38,176 bases of DNA, taken from the NCBI GenBank assembly GCA_026025795.1, contig JAPEUG010000140.1, positions 1-38,176 on the forward strand. The letters are read 5' to 3'. Under the pieces are notes generated by a model. It saw nothing but the letters and a program-made list of their open reading frames with translations, was not told where the DNA came from and made no database searches. The position numbers and the translations under genes were made by a program. This stretch comes from Thelocarpon superellum. Its lineage: Eukaryota. Below are positions 23,713-34,780 of this stretch, piece by piece (the first letter of the stretch is position 1; every line of letters starts with the position of its first letter).

Positions 23713-25457
23713 ATGATCCTCCACTTATGCCTGATCATCGTGTGCGTGCTACTGCTCTGTCTGCGCCAGAGCCTGACCGAGACGTGCAAATGTGGTCCCA
23801 GAGACGCGTGTTGGCCGGACAAACAGGCGTGGGATGAGCTGAGCCAGGACGTCGGCGGCCGCTTGATCCCCACCGTCCCCATCGGCCATGTCTGCCATAG
23901 CCCTACTTACAACGCGACCGCCTGTGTCCAGCTCCAGCAGGCCTGGGACCTATCCGATACACACGAGACCTCCTCCTCCTCGGTGATGCAGCGGTGGTGG
24001 GCCAATTTTTCCTGCAACCCCTTCGATCCACCATCCAAGCCCTGCAGGATCGGTGACTATGTTCGCTATGCCATTGATGTTGCGACCGAGGATCACATCA
24101 TCAAGGGGATCCAATTCGCTCAGCGTCACAATATCCGACTGGTCATCAGGAACACGGGCCATGAGTACGCAACCCCACTCTGTGCGAAGATTCCTCCCAA
24201 CTAACTGGAGACAGTTTTCTCGGCCGATCCACGGGCTACGGGTCGCTGGCATTATGGATGCACCATGTCACCGGTCCGCAATTCATAGCGAACTACACCA
24301 GTCCGCAGTACCGGGGACCCGCGGTCAAGGTCATGGCCGGAGACCAGGTCGACGACCTGTTAGCCTATCTGCAGAGGCAGGGCCACGTCGCTGTCGCTGG
24401 AACCTGCCCGTCCGTTGGTATGGCCGGCGGCTACACTTCAGGGGGAGGGCATGGGACTCTCATCAGCCTCTTCGGCTTGTCTGCCGACAACACCCTAGAA
24501 TTCGAGGTCATCACCGCCGCGGGCGAAAAGATCACGGCCTCCCCTAACCAGAACCAAGATCTCTACTGGGCCCTGAGTGGCGGTGGGCCGGGCAACTACG
24601 CCGTAGTCTGGTCCATGACTCTGAAGGTCTTTCCTGATTTTCCCGTCGCCAACGCGATCCTATCTTTTGATATTGGCAACCACACGGAAGATACGTTCTG
24701 GCGCGTCATCGACACTTGGCACACCCTCGTGCCCGCCATCAACGACGCTGGGGCTTACGCCTATGCCTACTACCAGCAGGGCCACTTCCAGCTCTTCCCA
24801 CTGCTCGCCTTCAACATGAGCACGATCCAAGCCGCGGATATGCTCGCTCCACTGCGGCAACAGCTCGAGCGTCTCGGCTTCCAATACAACTTCACCACGC
24901 AGGCCTTTCCCAACTATATCACGGCCTACCACGCCTCCTTTCCCGAATGGTTTGTCGGGACCTTCACGGTAGCCAGCCGACTGATCCCGCTCGATGTGGT
25001 GCAGCACAATGCGAGCGGCCTATCGAGCACGGTGCGGGGCATCTTCGACGACGGCGCGCTCATCATCGAGCAGGTCATGGCGCCCACCTTGCGCGCCGCC
25101 GGTCATCCGGATAACGCTGTCCTACCCGCATGGCGTTCCACCTCTATCGACCTCGTCGTCGGCAGCCCGTGGAATGATACAGCACCCGTGGCGGAAGACG
25201 TGGCACAGCAGAAGCTTTTCACTGACACCTGGATGCCCGCTCTGCAGGCCCTCACCCCGAGTAGTGGGGTGTACATGAACGAGGGCGACCCGAATGATCC
25301 TGAGTGGCAGAGCAACTTCTTTGGCGTGAATTATGGGCGTTTGGCCGCGATCAAGCGGAAGTGGGATCCCACCTCTTTCTTTTACGCCCGACAGGCCGTT
25401 GGGAGCGAGGCGTGGGCGGAGAATGATGAGCAAGTTCTCTGCCGCACAGCCGGATAG
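23713..25457 (+). CDS. Secreted FAD-linked oxidoreductase, berberine-bridge-enzyme-like (VAO/PCMH, AA7-like); intron 24165-24214
   Basis: Signal peptide, CKCGPRDACWP, spliced RNTGHDFLGRSTG (FAD-linked His), AGTCPSVGMAGGYTSGGGHG (second FAD-link Cys), and BBE motif YMNEGD...FFGVNYGRL..IKRKWDP. Confidence 0.93.
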
Positions 25458-27320
25458 GAGAATATCGCCTATGGTGATGATGAAGAAGACCTTGATCTCG
25501 GACGAAAGTGATGGCAGAAGCGAAGGCGCATTCCTTCTGGGTAAGCGTGAGCGTCCGTTTGCACCGAGAGCGGTGTAGCCTCAGTTTCGCGCCGAATGCA
25601 AACATTATACGGCCGCACAACTTATGTGGAGAGGTGAGCAAGTCCGCATTGATCGCCCAGGCCCGATGACAGGGGCGTGGCTAGGAGCATTGAGAGGGTG
25701 GTGTAACAGAACTCGGACGAGTGTCGAACGCGTTGTCCATTGTTCACAGAGTCGCAAGCGATCGTCTCAGTTGGCGAGTAAAGTTTCCCCGGCCTCCATT
25801 AAGCTCGCAGGTGTCGTCGCAGGTGCCCCCGTAGCACAGCCTCAGCAGCCCCCACGTGTTCATGCCTCGGTCGTTAGGACTTGGTGATCACAGAACCAGT
25901 CTTTAGTCACAAACAACCCATGCCCACACCGGTATGATGGTGCCCGACAAGAGTCCTGGGTGTGTCACACGTCGAGCGTCACGAATCAGGCTCGCCGTCT
26001 CAGGAGAGTGAGCCGGCCTCTGCAGAGTGCTTCCTCGCGCATCAATCTTTGGTGGTCGGTCCTCCGTCTGCAGGCATGCCCTTTGGGCCATCGCCTCCCT
26101 CACTTGAGCCTCCGAGAGGTACGCGCCTTGTGCCTCGTGGGGGATGTCTACCTTGCTCAGAATGGCATGGGGCACCTGCTCCGTTTGCTCCTGCCACTCG
26201 CGACCGAATCGTGAGATGTGACAGTTTCGCTAGAGGCTCGATCAGGAATCACAGCCGCCACACTGGAGTGAGCAGTCTCTTACGATCGATGGACGCAAGT
26301 CTGTCCAACTCCGGGCCCAGCACGGCTGCGCAGGTAGGTGGGGGTACCCTGTCCATTACCTTCGGTGCACAGAGTGCTTGGAAGGCATAGAGGGTTTGCA
26401 ACTTGATGGTGGAGCTGGAGGTATGCAGACTCGTGTCTGGCAATTGTTACATTCGGGTTACTCGCGAGCACTTTAATCGGTGGCAGACATCTGCCTAGAA
26501 CGCTCTGGACATCGCCATGCAGACCTCTGCTCGGAAATTTCGAAAGGAAGTCGTTGCCGAGAGGCCTCGCATGGCCGTGGAGTCCCTGGTCGATGTTTCT
26601 GACACTGGGCTCGAGACCTCTTCGTGGCTTGGGCGAGCTTGGACGAGGGCACGCAACCTTAATTAGGTGGCGGGCGTGTGCCGAAGCTCCGACGCGGCCA
26701 CAGTAATCTCTACCTCTTAGCGAGTTTGGTTGTAAGCCCGGTCCACCCTAGCACATCGCACGGTCATTGCGCGTGCGTGGAGTAGCGATCATCATCTCCC
26801 CACCAAGAGCTAATGTGTCCAGAAATGCTCGAATTCCAAGTCAGAGACATGTTCTTGCAATGCGAGAGGGAACCATTGTTCTTCAGAACGTGGCATTGAC
26901 GCATGGACGTCATGAAGTGCTGGGCTCGCGCGTGCCCGTCACAGCAGAAGGCCTTTGTTTTGCCTCCCGCCTGAGACAACATCACTTATGCTGCCCCTCA
27001 ACCACTCGCTATGCAGGCATTTCTCGTCGCCAACCACCTTGCCGTGATAGTGACTAGGACCAGAGACTCGCTCTGACACCATGTGAAACGGAGGTATATG
27101 TGAGGTGTTTGAAGCACCTCCCGATACTCTTTCCCACTCAATGCCACCCCCGTCTCCTGCACGTGTCCCAGCTCCACGATCCAATGCCGCCCCTTTGAAA
27201 CGCCGCAGTCCAGCGTTCCATCACCAGCCTACCCACGATGACACGATCGTCCAAACACCGAGGGCTCTTGAAACCGATTGGAACGCGGACATATCAATCA
27301 TGCTAACCGCCGCCCGGTGG

Positions 27321-27328
27321 ATATAAGA
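27321..27328 (+). promoter_or_regulatory. Probable TATA box of the CFEM gene
   Basis: ATATAAGA about 140 nt upstream of ATG 27464, followed by a pyrimidine/CATCA-rich leader. Confidence 0.45.
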
Positions 27329-27463
27329 AGGACACCAGCCGTCGGCCGCAAGGAACTAGATCACGCCTCGCACTCTTCTCTTCGGACTGCCATCACATCA
27401 TCACATCATCGCGTTATCGCATTGTCGAATTTTTGAATTGTCAAACTCATCACTCCACTCGCG

Positions 27464-28044
27464 ATGGCTTGTTCTATTGTCTTCAAATTTGCCGCCTTGG
27501 TACTTTTGGCCTCAACGGCGACAGCGCAGCTATTGACGGCCATGGAAGGTATCCCCTTCTGCGGCATGAGCTGTTTTACAAGCGCTCTCCAATCCGACGG
27601 CTGCCCTAGCCTGCAATCCTATGCGTGTCATTGCCAGGACACCGCTATCCAGCAAGGAATCATCAACTGCGTTGTAGGGGATTGCGACTCGATCCAAGAC
27701 GTGCAAAGTAAGATCCCAGCCTTGCTATCGCCGTTCCAAGGTCTAATGCCCCCCTCTCAGAGACCCGCACGACTGTCGTGAACATCTGTAATCAGGCAGG
27801 CGTCAGCATCACGCTTCCCCCAGTCCCGGCCACCCTTGCAGAGGCTCGGGCTGAGGTGGCCGGTACGGCAGGCTCTACTACGGGCGGTACGGCAGGCTCT
27901 ACTACGGGCGGTACGGCAGGCTCTGCTGCGGGCGGTACGGCAGGCTCTGCTGTGGGCGGTACGGCAGGCTCTGCTGCGGGCGGTACCGCGGCCGCTCCGG
28001 TTGGCCGTCGTTCGAACAGGCGCCATCGGCCTCGCGCCGAATAA
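27464..28044 (+). CDS. Secreted CFEM-domain protein with GTAGS repeats and Arg-rich tail (exons 27464-27707, 27761-28044)
   Basis: Signal peptide and eight Cys in CFEM spacing (PFCGMSC..GC..ACHC..NCVVGDC..NIC). The eighth Cys is supplied after intron 27708-27760. Confidence 0.88.
27862..27981 (+). repeat. Coding minisatellite, 5 x 24 bp (GTAGSTTG / GTAGSAAG)
   Basis: GGTACGGCAGGCTCTRCTRYGGGC repeated five times in CFEM exon 2. Confidence 0.95.
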
Positions 28045-28516
28045 GCAGGACATTCGCACAGTTTCTACCCGGGCGTTGTTTGTGGCCGTATAGCTTTCAC
28101 CGAATGGAACGAGCATTGTGCATGGATGCGGGGGTGAGAGTTTACTGTCAGGAACGGTGTTGACGGTGGCAAGCACAAGCTCGAGGGCGGGCAGGTCTCT
28201 CCTTGGCTCTTTCTTTTATTATATGTTTGACTTCATACGTTTGGTCAGGCAATGCATTCATCGAAACGCTGGGCCCCCTGTAGCACCATCAACTGTCGCC
28301 CCCGTGCGTCCACAGCGTGGCGGCAGCAGACAGTCCGCGGAAATCTAGGCGCCTGGCGGTTCTCGCACACGACGGATATGCAGCCTTCTTTAACAGGCCT
28401 CATGGCTCCAGGGACTCGTGAAAGCCTTCATCTAGAATCCGAATAATGGACTCATTGCCACATCTCAATACTGGCAGATGCCACCACAAGCGCTTACACT
28501 GTTGATCGGAGACGTT

Positions 28517-28662
28517 CTGTGGAGGCTCCATACGGGAGCTCGAGGCTTTGGATGAAGCTGCGGCACGTGACCCACCATCGCTGTATATTATTAGAATGAC
28601 AAATAGCTTCCGTAGAATAGACCACCTATCTCCAGTCCATCTTTCGGGGTGCGTCAGTACGA
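28517..28662 (+). repeat. Dispersed ~146-bp element, copy 2
   Basis: Direct-orientation homolog of 22952-23094. Confidence 0.9.
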
Positions 28663-31600
28663 ACCCTACTCGAACTGCTCGGTGTAGCGTCATTTCGAGA
28701 TCTACCGAGGCTTACCAAGAGGTGTGCGTGACAGGGACGAATCTGTCGGAAGCCCTACCGAGCTCCGGGCTAGTTATTGCACGGGCGCCGGGCTCGTCCC
28801 GCCTGCGCTACGGCGTGCCCCTCACCCATCCGGGCAGTCGTATCCCCCTCCCCACCTCCAACGTCTACGCTACAGCGGAGTGCCTGACAAACTTCCCGCC
28901 GATCATGCCGCGCTGCAGGGACACGGGATGGGCGCACCTACTTTGTACGAGTAGAAAGCTGTCATGGCCAACCACCAGCCATCATCCAGGATGAATAAGA
29001 ATCCCCGTCTCACCTTCTCGCCGCAGATAGCGACCACGGTAGGAGGATGCGCAGGCGCACCCGCAGATGGCACGGACGACACGGCGAACTAAGTGGGCCG
29101 ATGGGCGAAAAAGCTCCACTACCGCTCAAAGACGTCCTAGCCGACCACCGCCAATAACCTCGCTTGCCGGGGAAGGATTCGTTCCGCGACGCGGGCCCGT
29201 TGCGGCTGCACTGGCCATGCAGCTCCACATTCTCCGACGTCGGCCGGCCTGCAGCTGATCGGTACCTGCATCTCACCGATGTACTTTGCCTTGACTACTA
29301 GTCCTATACATCCCGTCCACTACGACTGCGGAAGTGCCTCGGATGAGTATGTCGCCTAGTTCCTCGTACGCGACAAGGAGCATGCCCAAATTGTTTTGTA
29401 GTACGTCACATCAGTAACATAGTGTGTAGCGAAGCTATTGGGGTCATGGCCATCCACAGAGCAACGGAGCGACGGACGAGTACTTGAATGGCGCGGACGG
29501 TGCAGACAAGGATGTCTGGAGAGGCGCGCGGCCCTGCCGAGCCGAACCCAATTCAAGGGTGCACCACCACTACGACGCTCCCGATCCACCCTCCCATCAC
29601 GCCATCAGTGACATTCGTCGGCTCCTTACCCGGGAACGAGGAGAGGTCCTCGTGTCTCGTGTCAGGCGAAAACGGTGGCATGTCAAAGTCGCGGGCCGTT
29701 ACCGCACGAATCTCCCTTCACCGGCACCCAACATTATTCTTATTCCGCCGCGGTAAGGTATGGAGTGCGCTAAGTCGGGACTTCGGGGCACAGTACAGTC
29801 GTCCTCCTGCCATGCTGTGACTAGTATCGTAGGTGGCAATTTCCCTCTATTCCATTGGAATTGTGCCCGCCGTCACGCTGCATTAGCTCTCGCTGCAGAG
29901 GGTCACACGCTGCAGATGTGAGGGCGTTTGGTGGAGCCAGCCGAACGGCAGCTGTCACGATGCCGTAGCATACAATTGTCACAATCTCACCTCCCTGCAA
30001 TCCGATGGTCTTTCATCCCGGATTTGTACCCCACCCCACCATGCAGCTGGTGTGACCGGCTTGCGATCGTGGAGGCCTAAGCTGAGGGTAGGGGGGCGCC
30101 AGGGGAGGAGCCGGGGTGAGGCGGGTGAGCAGCGTCCGCCCTATGGAGTCGGACCTCTGCTTTCTCCGAGGACGATAAGAGCTCGTATCCTTAAATGGCG
30201 ATGTCTTGGCTGGCTCGGACCTGAGAACACCTCCCTGGTATAGTTGACGTGCCGTTCACCATCATTTCCGTACAGTAGTCCGGCGTACTGCCTGTGCAAC
30301 TACCAGATGAATTTGGTTGAAGGCTCATCGCGAAAAGAAAGATGTAAGATCTAAGAAACAAAGAATACTACACCGTAATCCCGGGGGTGCTCGCAGATAT
30401 GATTTGAAGGGCTTACATCATTCCTTAATGGCGGCCTATGTGACGCCTGGGCCGTTAAGCCACCAATGTCGGGAATGCGAGGGTCTGATCCCACCCAGCT
30501 AGGATCTGAATTCTCCACCCCGAGCTGGTGGCCGGATTCATCAAGTACTTATAGCTCGGGATAACTATAGCGCGGAGGCGACCCTAGACTAACTGGTGCA
30601 AGACCGACTGCAAATGCCAAGGCGCCCTTTTCCATAATTCTGCGGAGAACGTCTTGCAGAGGAAAGGAGACGTCTTGCACCCTGAACAGGACGGCGCGTG
30701 GCTGATCAACGCTTGTATAGCCACTACGGTACCGCCTGAAAAGCTCCGAGTGTGACGTGGTGACTGGTACGGGTACGGTGCGAGAAACTAGGATCGGTTT
30801 CGTCGGTCAGCTTACCGAATAGCCCGCTTGGATTACAGATCTACCCTGGGACTCGCCGGCGCGACTTCGGCCTCTGACAAGCGGGAGAAGAGGGATTTGT
30901 TTTCAACTTCAGTTCGGTGGGAGCTAATTCTCGATTTGTTCTCCCAATTGAAAGATGCAGTCCGGGAATCAAACATTATCCGTTGAGCGTAAAGAGCGGG
31001 CAACATCGAAGACTCTGCCCATGACCCACGCAGCGTCATCTATCTTCCCTTTTCCAACCGATCCGTGGACAAAAACAATACCCGTGGCGCGCCTTTCGAA
31101 AAGCCCCTGCGCCATTGCTCCAGGTAGAGACAGCTGGGCGGCACGAGGGTCTGCAGATAGCACGGCTGACGTGAAAAGCATGCATCTTCCCGGCAGAGAC
31201 CAGTACCGGCTGGTCATGTCTGGAAGCATATCAGCGGATTTCATCATCCCGCTTTAGCCATCTTCCAAGAGCCGTGCAGGGATGATTGTAGAGCGGATCG
31301 GCATGATCGTGTTCGAACCAAAGTTGAAGAGTCGTTTACCCGGGAAGACAAAGCTTGCCAACGCGTTTCCTCATCCCAATCCGCACCACCTTGATTTCGG
31401 GTTGCCATTTCGCAAAATCGTCGGTAGCTGGCCACGCTATCAGCGACGATGACACGCCGTCTGTAGGCACTCGTTTGACAAGCTGGAGGCTAGGCCAACA
31501 TGAATCTCGATCCTTGTGGCGGCACGAGTACTCACGTAACCACAGCCGAGGAAAGCCCGCGACAGGCATACAGCACAGTTACGACTCGCGACGAGGATAC

Positions 31601-34060
31601 GCTGCAAATACAAGTACTTCGTACATGGAACCCAGGATCCATCGAAGGAGCGCCCGATTAGAATCCGCCGCACTGTGCTCAACAGCACAGCAGCCGAAGG
31701 GCTGCCGCATCCTCCCCGGACCTATGACCAGTGGCTCCGTAGCAGCACTACTAGTATTCACAGTGGTAGTGATTGTAGGTGTGTGGACGAGGACAAAGTG
31801 CGGTATTTATGGTGGTGGTAGAGGACACCCACCGGGCTCGTTGACACTTCACGCTGGGGCCTGCCCACGTTGTGAGCCGGGTGAATTGCTGCTCGTGCCG
31901 CGATCAGGTTTGCCTGTAGGCGATAGCTTCCCACTCCCTCCGACACGCAGGCACGGGAAATTGTCTCTACGCTACGCGACGCTCGGGGAACGGAATGGAC
32001 AGGTGCCCAAGCGCTACATTGTTGCATGCAGGTGAGTTGGCTAACTGCATCCTGTCGTAGTCGTCCACCCTTGTCCCTCCCACCGACGGCACAAACTATG
32101 TTAGCACAAAGAATGTCGTTGCTAATACTAGATGCACGCTGGGGCAAACGGAGGGCGTCGCTAGGCTCAATGGCCCCTCCCTGGCCTCCTGCCACGCGGT
32201 TTACCGGGAACACCCCTGTAGCTTCGCCGTCGATCCCCCAACGCGAAGGCCGAGGGAGCTCCTACCCTTCCTCCAGACGTGTTTGAACTCGCACCAGCAC
32301 GTTTCGTCCGGGCTACAAGTACGTTCTGCAGGCGCGGAGGCCTGCCCAGGGGAGCGTTGGACCCGCTCGACTCTGCTACCACGCAAGTACGAAGTACAAA
32401 TCGGTGCTGACGGCTCGTCTCCATCGGAGCAGCGTCCTGGCCGCGCCAGCGGTCCACGAGCATTAATGCACGCATAATAATTGGCCTCTGCCTACGCCAC
32501 CTGGAGTCAGACGGCCACACTCTGCCCGAGCAGGCGAGCCACGAGGCCGAGGTACAATGAGACGCGGCCTGTGTGCCACTCTGTGAGGCACTCTGTGGGA
32601 GTACCCGGGCCATTTCGATTTTCTTTGCTGCGTGGGCGCTGTGGCCGTGGGATAATTGTCCCGTACGAGTACCCGGACAAGTAGCCGACCAGATCAGCCA
32701 AGATGGCATGACTACTCGGATTCATCGTATTCGTCTACGCGGAGCGACGCAAGGCCAGCCCTGACGTGCGACAGGAGGGAAGGCCGTGACCCAGGTTTGG
32801 AGATGTCCGCTACACCTTGGGGGGGGGTCGGTCGAATCTTATCTCCCTTCCCGTGAGCTTCGCCGGCCAGACCGCTCCATGTCCTACGACGGCCTGGTCC
32901 TCGACCAGGTGAGCGCGTGGTGTACTAACCAGAGACGGACGGATGTGCTGAAGCGCGCTTCAGCGGTGGAAAATAGCTGAAGAGCGTGCAAGGGTTCCCT
33001 CCCACCACAGCACCGTAACGCCGGCCCGTCAACATGGGCGCCATGGTGTGATCTCCGATCTTCAATCGATCCATCGCTGAGTCCAGCCGGCGTCGAATAG
33101 TGGCCGTGCTGACAATTAGACGACCGCGCCGGCATGGCGGTTGGACGGCACCCGTGACCTCTGCCACCCTGCCACCCTGCCACCGTCGCCCTCCTCTCAG
33201 TGGTATGCTCGCCTGCTGCTGGGGCGAGGGCGAAGTGCGTAAGTGCGTGGGTGCGTGGGCGTGTGGCGCCTTCGGTCCCACCTGCCACCTATGTTACCCT
33301 CGGCTGCAAAGGGTAAGAACAAACCACGGCCTCGCAGACTCGAGCACCCTTGCAGATTCGAGCACGGTCGCAGCCTAGATGATCGTGGTCGATCACCCTA
33401 CACTGCCCCCTGGTATCTATCGTCCGGCACCCGGGGCCCCGTCCCCCGGACACCCGGCACCACGTGGTGCAGGCCTGTTTGGGCCGCCACGGCGGCTTCA
33501 TCTCGACCGCCCTGGCGGCCATGACCGGACAGAGCTGCGGGCCTCTCAAGCGACATGACTTATCGATTGCCCCCGATGCGAGATGGCTTCGTCGTCCTCG
33601 ATATTGGCTGGGGCATGTCCCCACCGGGGCCACCTCGCGCCCCGACTCCCTGTCAATCCTTTCGGGCGCCCCGACCGTGCAACGGTTGCAGCCAGCACGC
33701 GGTGGGAGATGTGCCGTGCCCGCCTGTGGTCCGTGAGCTGCCATACGTTTCTCCGGAGCGGCGGTAGCCGGAGCCGATGCGGCGCTTTTCAGGCCAAATC
33801 GGCTTGCGTGCGGCTGCGTGCGCCGTACCTGCCGCACATTCGCGTGTCATCGCGCGGGACGATCGGCGGCTGACCGTCCAAGCGGCGGGACAAGACGTCC
33901 CTGAGCCACCTATCCCTGCTCTTCCAGAACACGGCCAATCTCAACGCGCTCCCGGATTCGTTGCGCGCTCTGTGAATAATTGGGGCGCTGGCTTGGCCAA
34001 TGGCTCCGCCCTGGTCCTCCTCCCCTAGCTACCAGCGGCGGCCTCGTGGCGCGGCTCCGA

Positions 34061-34133
34061 CCCTCCTCCACCCCCCCCCCTCCCCCAACTTCCCAACCCT
34101 ACCCACCCTCCCACACCCCCTCCATCCCCCCCG
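34061..34133. other. C-rich tract (G-quadruplex-capable on the minus strand) upstream of the Zn2Cys6 gene
   Basis: More than eight runs of CCC or longer, separated by short spacers. Confidence 0.6.
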
Positions 34134-34780
34134 CGCTCCACTGACGCGCTCGCAAACGAGATGGCCCGATCGCAGGTGACGGGTGCTTGCTGTGCCGGGC
34201 GCGAGCTGCTGCTGCCCGCTGTCCTGATCAGCCCCAGAGGATCCTCGGTTAGACCAAGCTTGCACACGTCTCTTCGACGGCACTCTCATCTCGCCGCCGT
34301 TGCCCGCCGTTGCGGGGTGACGATGCTCTTACTCTCTCTCCATCTCTTCTCTCGTTCATCTCTAGCTCCCTCACCGTTGACGGGATCCATGGGTACGCAT
34401 TAAGTGTCAGGCACGCTCGAAGCGCCCACGCCACTCGCCCTGTGCTCGATTGACCCCGGACCGCGGCTCCCGAGGCGCCTCCGAGCCGTACCTCTGGTCG
34501 AGCCCGCTGTGGCCAATGCGACCTCGCGCCACATTCGAGCTCGCTCCCACCGGTCGCGCACACCGCGGCGCTCCCCCGGCCAAGCCATATGCACTCGCCC
34601 TCGTCCGGTGGGGCCCTTCGTCAGTGGACCAGGATCCATTCCTGCTCCTAGCCACGTGGTGGACTGGGCTCGACGCATCAATCCCGGCAGCCTTCACGTC
34701 ATCTACTTTGCTTCTTCTTCCACACACCCTTCTCAACTCATCTGAAGCACGTCGGCCCAGGGGTCGCCAGAGCCTTGCCC

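Noticed and set aside
25600..27300. Short ORFs between the oxidase and CFEM genes (e.g. 25903-26175, 26764-26985)
   Set aside because: No recognisable motifs and no consistent splice model.
30519..30560. 8-bp inverted repeat CCCGAGCT/AGCTCGGG
   Set aside because: Expected by chance in 38 kb; no TSD or second copy.
31280..31320. tRNA or Pol III B-box (GTTCGAACC)
   Set aside because: No cloverleaf and no correctly spaced A box.
31244..31435. Retrotransposon gag-like fragment (SVASYRRF...WDEETRW)
   Set aside because: Superficial resemblance only; no zinc knuckle, protease, RT or LTR nearby.
33331..33366. Two 18-bp tandem units (CTYGCAGAYTCGAGCAC)
   Set aside because: Real but trivial local duplication with no supporting context.
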